Shown: piece by piece, positions 53,853 to 64,000 of the stretch
Layout of the letters: every line of letters begins with the position of its first letter
Numbering within the stretch: position 1 is the stretch's first letter
Assembly (NCBI GenBank): GCA_965218095.1
Contig: OZ244587.1
Span: 3,168,001-3,232,000 of the forward strand
Reading direction: 5' to 3'
DNA: 64,000 bases
Source: Candidatus Poribacteria bacterium
Lineage (GTDB): Bacteria; Poribacteria; WGA-4E; PCPOR2b
The notes under the pieces: model-generated
Seen by the model: the letters and a program-made list of their open reading frames with translations, nothing else
Told to the model about the DNA's origin: nothing
The model's database searches: none
Translations under genes and position numbers: made by a program

Positions 53853-53881
53853 ATTATATCATTACTGTTTCCCAAAGTCAA
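53853..53881 (-). promoter_or_regulatory. groEL sigma70 promoter
   Basis: TTGACT-17-TATAAT with TGn, just upstream of CIRCE. Confidence 0.85.
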
Positions 53882-54876
53882 CCTGAATCTCAGAAAGATA
53901 CAAATTCTCCACGCATGGGTTCAATCGAGTTTACCGAGTGGCTGACCCAGAAAAAACAGGTCCAGACAAACTTCGAGTATGAGTCGTTGGCAAATGCTCA
54001 CGGGTTTGCCGACGACTGAGTAGAGCCACCTCCTTCAGACTGAACACATCAGCGATACATCAAGCCAAATAGCACACAAAGCGATACTCAAAAACAGATA
54101 ATAGCCATAGCTGCTTCAGCCATATTCACAATAAGCGTAAACCCAAAGAAACGTCCGCAACAACTCAATGCTAAGCTGCCGTGTGGGAGACACCCCCAGA
54201 TAATCAAACAGGCGTGACACTGCTTGAGAATAAAACAAAAACAACAGGTTACAAACGGTAAACAGAATCAACAACACCGCCACTTGGGCATGAGGATGGT
54301 GAGAATAGATTCTTTTCGTCACGATTGTCTGATTGGCGGCTTTAAACCCATTATTCTCGACATCCCATCGCAGATGCGCTAATTCTCTCAACTCTTCTGG
54401 CACGAGAGATGTCGCCGTCGTGACCACCCAGAAGGTTAGGACTTCGCCCGTCCGTATGACGACCTCTTCGACTTTGGCGACCGTCAGTGAGGCATTGATG
54501 TCTCGGTGAAAAAAACCATCGGCTTGTGTGATTTGATAGCTCCGCATTCGCATCGTGTCAACGCCACAGCGGGTAACAATGTCGAAGACGGGGTCATCTT
54601 TGGCGGCAAACAGCCCTTCAGCATCTTGTATAATGCGAAGGGTTATATCATCGGTTTTGATCCGCACATCACTTTTCAGTTCGTCGAGACATAGATTGAA
54701 AAATGGGGCATTGAGGTAGAGCCCGTCGCCGAGAATCAGATTGACAAATCCTACCCCCAGTTTTGCTTTCAACCGACGCAGCAGCGCATAACTAGCGGGG
54801 AGTTCCTTGCCCCGTTTTTCGTAGGGTTCTAAATCGACCATCAGGCTGACCGGACCCACAATTTCAAAGTAACTAG

Positions 54877-56590
54877 GTTCTGTTGACATTTCAACGGAGC
54901 CATATAAGAGTGGAGACAAAGCTGAGAAATCCAAAATAACGGACAGCTAGCTTCTCAAACCGAGAGAAGATACGACGATACCATTTTATCTTTGGTAGAT
55001 CTTAGAATTAATGGTACATTTGAATAATATCGTGAAGTGTGGTTTCGGGGTGATATTCTCGGTATCGCTTGATATTGGCAAAATCGTGTTCAATCGGATT
55101 GTAATCTGGAGAATAAGGCGGTAGGAACATCAGACTCGCTCCTGAAGCCTCTATCAACTCTCGGGTCCGAGGTGTTTTGTGAAGCCGCACATTATCAAGG
55201 ATTACAACCTGTTTTGAAGTCAAACGTGGACATAACTGTTCAGCTAACCAGTCATTGAAATCTACCGCTTTGCAGCTCCCTTTGAACACCCGTGCCGCAA
55301 TAAGTGTCGCTGTCCGGGTGCGTTGGCTTGAGATAAGTCCAAAGACTTTTTCCCCTTTGGGTGCATACCCATAACGTCTATAACTTTCGTCTCGAAACCC
55401 ACTCTCATCGACATAAACAAAAGACTTACCAGAGGCTTTCACTTGTGCGAGTTGCTGAAGATACGCTTGTCGTTTTTCAGCGCATTGCTCCTTATATCCG
55501 AGACTTTTTTTTCGGGTGCAACCGATATTTTTCAGCCCATACCCGATACAAGACTTTGACACACCAAAATGAGCTGCGCGCTCGGCGTAGGTCTGGTCTG
55601 GAAAATCAGCGACATGTTTTCTCAGCGCATCGGGGTCAAGGGTTCGCGGGCGACGGGGCCCTGGTTTCTGACGTTTGAGCGGGTCAGGCGCATTCAACCA
55701 CTTATACAGTGTTGAGCGGGCGACGGAAAAACGGCGGCTCGCTTCGGTCTTGCCACCGCCAGCTACGATAAAATCTAAGACGCGTTTGCGTAAATCTAAA
55801 GAATAGGCCATAATAACTATAGGATACCAGCAATATAAGAAAATGTCTACTTATTTATAGGGTTCGCCATTGTTGATGAAACATTCAACCAGATGTCTCT
55901 CTTTAGTATAAGTGTTTGTCATACGTTCTTTGGTCAACACGATGACTTTTTGGCGGTATCACCGCAATCGCTCCATTCGCCTCAATAACAGCGATAAAAG
56001 CGTCCGAATCGTACCCCTTGTCTCCAATCACATATTCACTGTTGTATCCGATTATCAACCCTTCCGCCTCAGTTATGTCATGTCTCTGACCGGGTGTCAG
56101 ATGAATTCTTAGGGGATTGCCTAGTCCGTCAACGGTGATGTGATTTTTTGTACTGAAACCGCCCCGAGACCGACCTAATGCTTGGTTTTCAGTGCCACCG
56201 GTTTTTTTAAGGTGCCAGCTTTTTAAGGCGCCCGCCGCAGACGGGTGAGCGCGGCAGATGGTACTGTCCACAATAAGCGACTCGATATCGGGGTCAGAGG
56301 CGAAGTGGTGGTGCATCTGTGTGAAGATACCTTTGTCGCACCATCGAGCAAACCGCTTGTAGCGGGTGTTCGATTTGCCATAGGTGTCTGGTAGAAGTCT
56401 CCATTGAGCCCCGCTACGAGTCACCCACAGGACGGCTTCGACGAAGCGGCGTGTAGCAGCTTCGTCGCCAACATAGATGGTGGGACAGCTAAGAAGAAAC
56501 CGGTATATCTTATTCCATTGTTCATCAGATAAGGTTATTGGCGTCATTCTTCTATTATGCCACAACCTTATACTCAAATGTCAACAGAAC
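54877..56590 (-). mobile_element. Second IS5 copy, interrupted by IS630
   Basis: Same TIRs and CTAG TSD as 39581-40398; highly similar transposase. Confidence 0.92.
54993..55869 (-). mobile_element. IS630-family element; transposase 55008-55811
   Basis: MAYSLDLRKRV, YVDESG, ILDN, LPPYSPDYNPIE; boundaries taken from comparison with the intact IS5 copy. Confidence 0.9.
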
Positions 56591-57418
56591 CTAGCTAACA
56601 GCCGCCCAAACCCACTGTCATCAATGATGCCGATACGCGGTTTGCCGCTACGCAACTAGCATTTACTGTGGCCGGATAAAACGTCCAAGCGGTAGGAGTC
56701 GAGCAAGGTCTGACGCAAGGCAGAGAGTTGCATTTGCTCTAGGGTACGGGCCATGGTGCTATCACTGGTGACGGAGGTTTTCCGTCGAAACCACCGTTTG
56801 CCAATCGGAGTCCGCAGCATGCGGTCACATGAAAGCAGGTGCCCCCCAGCCCATCGCACCCATCAGAAAAACCGTTGAAAAGACAGTTGATGGAGGGATA
56901 TCGGCGGTCTCCCGCGTATCTCGGACGGTAGCTGCTTTGTGGGAAAGATGAAACTGTTGTTCACAGAAAGCACGAAAATCCGGTAATTTTGTCGTTGTTA
57001 TCGGTCTCACCTCCTTTCGATTGGTAGTTTTGGGGTGAATGTATCGCCGAATCATTTCATCGCAAAGTTTACGACCGATAACACCGAAATTCAACCTGTT
57101 TTTTCTCGTGGGGAATTTCTATCAGAAAGATTCAGTTTTATTGCTTGCCCACACCTGCAATCCGTGATAGAATTATTCCGATGTAATTGCACGTCATGGT
57201 GCATCAAAGCTCACGGATGCCACAGATTGGGCAATTTTTCTCTTGTCCTGCAACAATTCAAACGTGTAACCATGCAAATGACATCATCTACTGCTATGGT
57301 ATAGCCTTTGCGTGAAGCATAAGGGGAAATGGAAGATACCAGCAGTCTCGCAGATCTAACAAGAAACTGCGTGATGAGAACCCCTTATACAAATTAGGTG
57401 TAGAAAGGAGGACGAAAA

Positions 57419-58567
57419 TTGAACAGCATATTTCTGAAAGACATGGCTTATCGCAGGGCAAGGGTGATTCTGACCACGGTTGGCATCACCATGTTGATTG
57501 CCCTCATTTTGATGTTAGGGGGAATCATGAACGGTATGCGTATCCAGGCACAGCAGTACCCTAAATTCACAGGGGCGAATATTTGGATCTCCGCAGAAGG
57601 CTCTGGCAGCGCATTTATCGGTTTTTCACTGCTTGTCCCAGAGCACCTTGCCTATCTTGACGGTGCTCCGCCCTTGAAGCCAAAATCCGTGTCACCGCTT
57701 GTTTTTGCACGCGCGCGGCCTGTGATCCGAGGAAAACTTGGCAAAGCGGTTGTCGTGGGATATAAGGCTGGCAAATTGGGAGGTCCGACACAGTTTGAGG
57801 TAACCGAGGGACGATTGTTTACCGCCAGCGAATATGAGGAATGGGCGGAAGCAGATATCCCGCCGCGTGAGGTTGTCGTTGATGAAAAGATGAACCTTGA
57901 AATTGGGGAACGGATTTCGATCGGGAATAAAGACCTCAAAGTGGTTGGAAAAGCAAAGAGCCTAATGTTTGTCCTCGATACGCCGCTGCTGTTCATGGAT
58001 CTTCGCACTGCACAAGAAGTGCTGCTAAAAAACTCGCTCCACGTCAATATGATGGTAGCCCAAACAGCGAAGGGATATACTCCTGAACAAGCCGCAAAGG
58101 ACATCGAAAGCTTCGATGCAGAGTTCAAAACGATTGATGTGCGCACCCTTGAGCAAACACTTGGCGATATTATCGATACCTATGTGGATGAACCGATGAA
58201 GGCTGTTCAATTCCTGCGGGTGATGCTCTGGCTTGCCGCGGGCCTTATCGTCGGAATGATCACCTACGTCACAACGCTCGAAAAGACGCAGGAGATTGGT
58301 GTCCTCAAAGCGATTGGCGCGTCAGATTTTTACGTTGCATCATTGCTACTCAAGCAGGTCGCTCTGATGTCGGTGATTGGTGTCATTTGTGGAGTGATTT
58401 TGTCGTACACCTTTGCTGTCGCTGCTCCAATCTTCGTTTCAATTCACCCGATTGAATCGGGTGTTGTGGCGCTTATCAGCTTTGTCGTGTGTTGCGCCGG
58501 CGGTTACCTCGCTGGACGAAAAGCAATCACTGTCGATCCAATGGTCGCATTTAGAGGAGAAGTTTGA
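57419..58567 (+). CDS. ABC transporter permease (MacB/FtsX type)
   Basis: N-terminal TM, periplasmic domain, EIGVLKAIGAS, DPMVAFR. Confidence 0.9.
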   Translation: MNSIFLKDMAYRRARVILTTVGITMLIALILMLGGIMNGMRIQAQQYPKFTGANIWISAEGSGSAFIGFSLLVPEHLAYLDGAPPLKPKSVSPLVFARARPVIRGKLGKAVVVGYKAGKLGGPTQFEVTEGRLFTASEYEEWAEADIPPREVVVDEKMNLEIGERISIGNKDLKVVGKAKSLMFVLDTPLLFMDLRTAQEVLLKNSLHVNMMVAQTAKGYTPEQAAKDIESFDAEFKTIDVRTLEQTLGDIIDTYVDEPMKAVQFLRVMLWLAAGLIVGMITYVTTLEKTQEIGVLKAIGASDFYVASLLLKQVALMSVIGVICGVILSYTFAVAAPIFVSIHPIESGVVALISFVVCCAGGYLAGRKAITVDPMVAFRGEV

Positions 58568-58595
58568 GGCGTGAACCTTGATAGGGAGGAGTCAG

Positions 58596-59270
58596 ATGGG
58601 AATCGTTGTCGAAGGAAAAGGATTAACAAGGCATTTTGGCGAGGGAGATGCGAGGGTTGTGGCTGTTGACCAAGTTGATATTGCCATCGAAGAGAGCGAA
58701 TTGGTGATGTTCATGGGAGACAGCGGTTGTGGTAAGACGACGCTGATCAGTCTGCTCGGTTGTATCCTCACACCGAGCGAAGGTGATGTCTGGATTGATG
58801 GGGGACAGATCGATTACGAAAATCAAGACCTGTCCCGACTCCGTAGCGAGAAGATCGGCTTTGTATTTCAACTTTTCAACCTTATCCCGTACCTAACGGC
58901 GATAGAAAATGTGATGATCGCCATGGGCATTGGCGGTCTAAAGGGCTACGAAGCGGAGAAGCGCGCGAAGAAACTTCTCACTCAGGTTGGGTTGGAACAG
59001 CGTTTGTACCATCGGCCCGCACAGCTTTCGGGGGGCGAAAAGCAACGCGTCTCCTTTGCACGCGCACTTGCCAACAACCCCAAAATTATCTTTGCCGATG
59101 AGCCGACCGCGAATCTTGACAGTCGGCAGAGCGCAAATTTGATGAGCCTTGTCCGTGAACTGCGCCAGGAACGCCAAACGACAATCGCGATTGTGACCCA
59201 CCACGAGGACTTAAAGAAGGATGCGAATCGGGTCATCCAGATGAAAGATGGTCGGATTGTGTCAGGGTAG
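58596..59270 (+). CDS. ABC transporter ATP-binding protein (LolD/MacB type)
   Basis: GDSGCGKT, LSGGEKQR, ADEPTANLD. Confidence 0.95.
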   Translation: MGIVVEGKGLTRHFGEGDARVVAVDQVDIAIEESELVMFMGDSGCGKTTLISLLGCILTPSEGDVWIDGGQIDYENQDLSRLRSEKIGFVFQLFNLIPYLTAIENVMIAMGIGGLKGYEAEKRAKKLLTQVGLEQRLYHRPAQLSGGEKQRVSFARALANNPKIIFADEPTANLDSRQSANLMSLVRELRQERQTTIAIVTHHEDLKKDANRVIQMKDGRIVSG

Positions 59271-59406
59271 CATACGATGTGGACGATGTTGTTGAGTGAG
59301 TTGTTCGTGGTCTTCTGAGGCGGTTATACTATCCCCGTATTCGATTTTTTTACCGAATGCTCCAAAAAGCCAGCATTGACGCATAAGGTGTTCCGAATGT
59401 TGAGTC

Positions 59407-59949
59407 TTAGTTGGTAGCAATCACTTTGGTCATATCAATGACATCGCATTCTGAGCCGTCGTCCATCAGTATCCATCCCACGCGGCGTCCGCACTGCTGG
59501 TACCCAACCTTTTGGTAAACGTGTATTCCAGCATGATTTGCGGACCAAACGGTCAGGTGAAGCCGTTTGGCGCCAAGACGACGAGACGCTTCCTCAAGCA
59601 CCCACATCAACTGCGTGCCAATCCCCATACCCTGGACACGACCCACCAGTGCCAAGCCGACCGAGTAGTAGTTGTGTCCGCTTTTATTCGTAAATCCTTC
59701 ACCCACCAGTTCACCTTCTCGCTCGACGAAAAGATAACTCAGCTTGTGCTGCTTCAGGCCGACGAGTATATCCGCGAGCATCCGACCCCCCGACTCACGA
59801 TCCAACTTCAGGCGTCTACACATGACTTTCTCTCGCGTCAACGTCAGGTGCATCTCGATAAATGCGTCCAGGTCGCTCCAGCGAGGGTAACGAAAAATGG
59901 TCTCCACACCGCTCGCCTGAAACGCTTTGAAAACCTTTCCTTCCTGCAT
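59407..59949 (-). CDS. GNAT acetyltransferase
   Basis: QGMGIGTQLM, NHAGIHVYQKVGY. Confidence 0.85.
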   Translation of the reverse strand: MQEGKVFKAFQASGVETIFRYPRWSDLDAFIEMHLTLTREKVMCRRLKLDRESGGRMLADILVGLKQHKLSYLFVEREGELVGEGFTNKSGHNYYSVGLALVGRVQGMGIGTQLMWVLEEASRRLGAKRLHLTVWSANHAGIHVYQKVGYQQCGRRVGWILMDDGSECDVIDMTKVIATN

Positions 59950-60077
59950 CGTTGAGAATACCTCCTGTGGCTGATTCAATGCCCCGTATTGTAGCACGAT
60001 TCCAAAATAAATGGAACAGGAATTTCGTTGCTAGTACCAGTTTGAAAAAGTCCAGTCCTCAACCTCCAGATGATGTA

Positions 60078-60206
60078 GGACTTACGTAGCTGATATGCAG
60101 AACATGCAGTTTCACAGGATCTTGAATCATGACTCCTGAATCTGATTCAAGATACAGAGGACACAAGAGGTTGTGGGTTAATCAACTTATGCAATTGCGT
60201 AAGTCC
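60078..60206. mobile_element. MITE-like element
   Basis: IR GGACTTACG/CGTAAGTCC flanked by TGTA direct repeats; internal hairpin ATCTTGAATCA…TGATTCAAGAT. Confidence 0.55.
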
Positions 60207-60231
60207 TGTAATGGTTGGTTAATACAATATC

Positions 60232-62514
60232 CTACTCGATTGTGCCCGTGATAACCCAGGTATCGAGTCCGAGTATTTCCTCGTCCGTGTTCTGGACCCA
60301 GAACTTGAGCAGGAACTGATTTTTTCCACCAACATAGTCCGTCAGGTCATACTTCACAACATCGCCGCGGTTGTCCAATTCCTCGAAGGTAGTCATCCAT
60401 GTCTGTCCCTGGTCGGGGGAGATTTGCACCTTGTTGTGCCCACCGGCAGGCAGCGCCAGGTGAATGGCGGTGTCCCACCCGCCCGGACCGCCAGGTAAGG
60501 ATACCTCCTTGAATTTCAAGCCCTCAGCGGCCCGGAAGTCATAGACGATTTCACCCGTGACGCCCGGCTTCAGATAGAGACCGTGGGCGCCGATGTAAAA
60601 CCCTTTCCGGCTCCTGGCGTGATAACTCTTACCACCCTGATCTAGATTGTCCCAATAGATAAACGGACCGGGCACCTCAAAGTAGGTCCCGGAGCCCGTG
60701 AGATCCGTCAAACTCCGTTCGGCGATGATGTGCGCTTTCCCGCCCAAAGTTAGTGTGCCGTTGAGACTGCTGACGAAGTCGAGGTAAGCCCGACATGTGC
60801 TGGCGGCAGACTGACGCTCTTCGTCACTGCCTGAGCGGTTGGCTTGACCCAATGCAGACCAGAACACCAGCCACAGCTTCGTGGCTAAAAGGCAGTTCTC
60901 ATCCCGCTCAATGCGGGCGACGATGGTTGGATTGTCGGCAACCTTCCGTTTGGCCTTGGCGATCTGGGCGAGGGAATCGTCCACTAGCCTGGCCGGATAA
61001 AATCGGGGAACATCTGTCATCGTACTGCTGCCACCCTCGACGGAAAGCATCTGTTGCTCAAACCGCTCATAGATTTGGCGCATATCTTCCGCCGCCGCCC
61101 CGAAGTACGCGGGATAGAACGCATTCAGCAGATCTTCCACCCGCAGCCGCTTGTCCCAGGCCATCCGCGTTGACAACCATATATGAATGTCGGTGCCCAT
61201 GTTCCGGCTGAGATACTCGTCCATCACGCCGGTATAGCCCACGCTGCGATAAAAATCCTGTGTCTCCTGCAAGGCATGGAACAGAGGCCACGGTCCGTTG
61301 TACACACCGACGTAGTCATAGCTCCACGCTTGTGGCAGCATCTTCATCCAGTGCGCAACTTGCCGACGATAGTTATTGCTCGAAGGATTGTCATTGGTTC
61401 TGGGTCTGACCTGGTCTACGCCCATGGAGACAATCACGGGCGCTAGGTTGGGATGGCCCTGTATGAATTCCTTTGGCGGCTCAAGCGTAGCTTTGTATGG
61501 CATGATAGTGATACGCCTGGTCGGATGCACTTCGGCCAGCTTCTCAGCAACGCGATTGGACATCAGGAGCATACGGGCACCATCATTGGACGCCATCTGA
61601 AGGCATTCGTCGCAGCGGCACCACTCCGGCGAATCGGACTGGCTGAACGAGTAGTAGTCGAAGTCGGGATGGTCGTTGAAGAAGTTGATGAACCAGTGCG
61701 AGGCGATTTCGACCGTCCTCGGATTAGACATGCACAATCCCCCAACTTCGGGATGTCGTTTGCCCTTGAAGAACGCCGCAAGTTCCGGCGCTTCTTCTCG
61801 GAGTTCTTTGGGGAAGATGTTTTTCCAATTGTGCCCGGCGTAGCCGCGGGGTTCGCCGCGACGATTCCGGCGGTACCACTTGTTCAGAAGCGCTATCTCT
61901 TCATATGTCATTCTCCCGTTTACATTGTCGTTGTACCACGGCCCGCGCTTTTCAAAACTGGGTTTGGCGACCTCCCGGCCGCTAGGGATGTGAAGCGTCA
62001 CAGTTCGCCGTTGTGGTATATGCTCACCGATTTCGCCAGGCGTAAACCAGTGGCAGCCCAGGTAATCTTCCAGTAGCCCGTAAACCGCATGGGCGACGCC
62101 TTCCGGGCAGGGACTGGACAAAAACACGCCGGTTTTGCCATCGAATTCGATGACTTCGATAACATAGCCATCCGGCCACAGACCCTCTCTGCTGAAGAAT
62201 CTTCCCGGTACATGCACGTTTGGCGGCTTGGTGTCGATGTAAATGCCGACGCCTTTGACCTGGGTCGGGTCGTTGACAATGAGCACGTGTGCGCCGGACA
62301 TCTTACCCAGGTGATATCGCAAGTCTTCGGCAACCTCAGTGATCCGCTTCTCTTCGAGGGGTACGACGATAGTACATCGGGCCTGTCCATTTTCAATCAG
62401 CGTTACCGACTGCGCCGGTTTCGCGTAAAGTAAAGTGGCTTCGGTCAAAACCAGTGCCACCAGACAATTTGCGAGCAATGCGGGTGCTTTCATCTGATAT
62501 GTCCTCGCTAACAA
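60232..62514 (-). CDS. Secreted DUF4838 / glycoside-hydrolase-like protein
   Basis: Signal peptide; HAVYGLLEDYLGCHWF, LCMSNP, WCRCDEC, YFGAAA. Confidence 0.85.
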   Translation of the reverse strand: MLARTYQMKAPALLANCLVALVLTEATLLYAKPAQSVTLIENGQARCTIVVPLEEKRITEVAEDLRYHLGKMSGAHVLIVNDPTQVKGVGIYIDTKPPNVHVPGRFFSREGLWPDGYVIEVIEFDGKTGVFLSSPCPEGVAHAVYGLLEDYLGCHWFTPGEIGEHIPQRRTVTLHIPSGREVAKPSFEKRGPWYNDNVNGRMTYEEIALLNKWYRRNRRGEPRGYAGHNWKNIFPKELREEAPELAAFFKGKRHPEVGGLCMSNPRTVEIASHWFINFFNDHPDFDYYSFSQSDSPEWCRCDECLQMASNDGARMLLMSNRVAEKLAEVHPTRRITIMPYKATLEPPKEFIQGHPNLAPVIVSMGVDQVRPRTNDNPSSNNYRRQVAHWMKMLPQAWSYDYVGVYNGPWPLFHALQETQDFYRSVGYTGVMDEYLSRNMGTDIHIWLSTRMAWDKRLRVEDLLNAFYPAYFGAAAEDMRQIYERFEQQMLSVEGGSSTMTDVPRFYPARLVDDSLAQIAKAKRKVADNPTIVARIERDENCLLATKLWLVFWSALGQANRSGSDEERQSAASTCRAYLDFVSSLNGTLTLGGKAHIIAERSLTDLTGSGTYFEVPGPFIYWDNLDQGGKSYHARSRKGFYIGAHGLYLKPGVTGEIVYDFRAAEGLKFKEVSLPGGPGGWDTAIHLALPAGGHNKVQISPDQGQTWMTTFEELDNRGDVVKYDLTDYVGGKNQFLLKFWVQNTDEEILGLDTWVITGTIE

Positions 62515-62702
62515 ATGTTAATGCCATGTCGGTGAAATTCCGACTCACAACACAACTGTCAGTGGCAGTATCCAGTCCATGCTGGCATTGGGCGAACTTG
62601 CCGCCGCATGTCTTACCTTAACTGCCTCGCTGAAAACGGCGGGGTGGGGAGCAAAGGGAAAAGGCGCATTCCTGAGAGACGGGCAAACCAACTGGACGAA
62701 AT

Positions 62703-62969
62703 CTAGAAACGGATTTCATAAAGACGTCTCGAAAGTAGAACGTCCGACAAGACCAACATGGTCAAGCGAAAGCTGACTGTTTGAAGCCTCGTGAGGAAAT
62801 CCAGCAGAGACAGCCTGAAAGTCTCAAGATGTTCAGTGGATCCCTTTACATCGGCAGTCAAGGAATCTAACTTTGCTCTCATATAAACAATGATAGCAAC
62901 CGCTTGGATTAACATGCCAATAAATGTAAAGCCCACAAGGACGAGATGAGATTGAGACCAATTGCCCAT
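62703..62969 (-). CDS. Small N-terminal TM / coiled-coil protein
   Basis: RBS AGGAGG; hydrophobic N-terminus. Confidence 0.5.
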   Translation of the reverse strand: MGNWSQSHLVLVGFTFIGMLIQAVAIIVYMRAKLDSLTADVKGSTEHLETFRLSLLDFLTRLQTVSFRLTMLVLSDVLLSRRLYEIRF

Positions 62970-63142
62970 GATACACCTCCTGAGAAGATATGGGAGAGGA
63001 AGTTAGGTAGGTAGCTAGATTTGGTTATCAATATACCAAAAACCACCTTCGTATGTCAAGTATAATTGCCCTCCTTTGTATTGACAATTGACGTAGATGA
63101 CATCGTAGTGGTAGTGTTCAGATCCACCGTCATAGATTCGTC

Positions 63143-63221
63143 GGAGAGCCGTGTGCCGTGAAAATGGCACGCACAGTTCGGAGGGGGGAAGCGCTGCGCA
63201 AGCGGTGTTCTCCTACCCTAC
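63143..63221 (+). mobile_element. Group II intron 3' remnant (domains V-VI)
   Basis: GAGCCGTGTGCCGTGAAAATGGCACGCACAGTTC (DV) then GGAGGGGG…TCCTACCCTAC (DVI with AC end). Confidence 0.85.
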
Positions 63222-63283
63222 ACCTCTTACCGGTTTTGTTCGTCAAAATTCATAAGACATTTCTGACTTTGAGGCGCCTTGCT

Positions 63284-64000
63284 TTAGTTCCCTGTCCCAC
63301 CTGCTGAAATAACAAGTGGTTCAATGCCCTGCGCTTTGATTTGGCTGATGAACGGCGCCGCCTCTTTCTTTTCGTGGAATCGCCCAACCAACACACGGTA
63401 CCACGGTTCAGATCGGATAGTCACCTGGGCGAGCCGAATTTCCCCACTAAGATTTAGTGCTTCTAAGGACTCAACAAGTAACTCAGCGTTTTCACGATTT
63501 TTGAACGAGCTCACCAGCAGCGTGTACTTCGGCGTGGCTGTGGAGGGCTCTTCACTCACTTCTGGAAAATTATTGGGCGCGACCCGTACTTCCATCTCTT
63601 TAGCTGGGGGCAATGCGCCTTCAACTGTCAATAATACGATCTCGACACGACGATTCTTGTGAAGATTGCTTTGGGTATCATTCGGGGCGATGGGTTTTTC
63701 TTCACCGTAACTGATTGCAGATAACCGCGACGGATCGATGCCAAACTCATTGACGAGATAGGTCATTACCGCGTTTGCTCGCTTACGCGACAGTTCAAGA
63801 TTGTAACTTGCCTCCCCGACATCATCCGTATGGCCCTCGATGATGACTTGCGCATCCGGATAGGCAGCGATCGCCTGTGCTGCTTCCTCAAGCACCGGCC
63901 GGTATTCGCTCCTAATTTCGTAGGCGTTTGACCCAAAAGCCACTCCCGAGAGCGTCAGAACAATCCCGCGCGCATCCTTGCGTTCTTCCAGCGCCTCTTG
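63284..64000 (-). CDS. OmpA-family plus SPOR-domain protein, 5' end beyond the window
   Basis: IEGHTD, NLELSRKRA, NRRVEI; C-terminal SSFKNRENA…WYRVLVG. Confidence 0.9.
   Translation of the reverse strand, partial: QEALEERKDARGIVLTLSGVAFGSNAYEIRSEYRPVLEEAAQAIAAYPDAQVIIEGHTDDVGEASYNLELSRKRANAVMTYLVNEFGIDPSRLSAISYGEEKPIAPNDTQSNLHKNRRVEIVLLTVEGALPPAKEMEVRVAPNNFPEVSEEPSTATPKYTLLVSSFKNRENAELLVESLEALNLSGEIRLAQVTIRSEPWYRVLVGRFHEKKEAAPFISQIKAQGIEPLVISAGGTGN

Larger units (their letters stand above)
53899..57121 (-). mobile_element. DDE (IS4-superfamily-like) element, inactivated, hosting nested IS5 and IS630
   Basis: 15-bp TIRs; perfect 9-bp TSD TCAGAAAGA; LGDGLY and RWDVENNGFK motifs; frame rejoins as GRLLASYFEIVGP when IS5 is removed. 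Confidence 0.88.

Noticed and set aside
62525-62700. FMN-like (GGTGAAATTCC) and c-di-GMP-like (GGCAAACC) fragments
   Set aside because: The remaining consensus elements are missing and the orientation is opposite to the adjacent genes

Overview
Bacterial chromosomal window, probably Candidatus Poribacteria or a similar lineage. This is an inference from the C-terminal 'GKxATxWGxLK' tag on a TolB-like protein, the many BNR/sialidase and glycoside-hydrolase genes and the heptamer repeats. It contains carbohydrate hydrolases (1-9 kb), cinA, a decayed alternative complex III/SCO remnant, archaemetzincin, lutABC, an hxlA-hxlB-amidohydrolase-solA cluster, CocE, MATE, aroF, ubiX/ubiA, a vWA/DUF4159/DUF4175 cluster, a CIRCE-controlled His-tailed groEL, an ABC transporter, DUF4838 and an OmpA-SPOR gene. 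Mobile DNA is dense: nested ISs, MITEs (one with its parent element in the window), a group II intron 3' remnant and about ten pseudogenes. The most unusual feature is an IS1595-family element with an intact transposase (48674-50850). Both of its terminal repeats look like inward promoters, and it carries four small antisense passenger ORFs in nearly fully base-paired non-coding sequence, with each ribosome-binding site lying in or next to a predicted stem. All family assignments come from motif recognition by eye, not from database searches.
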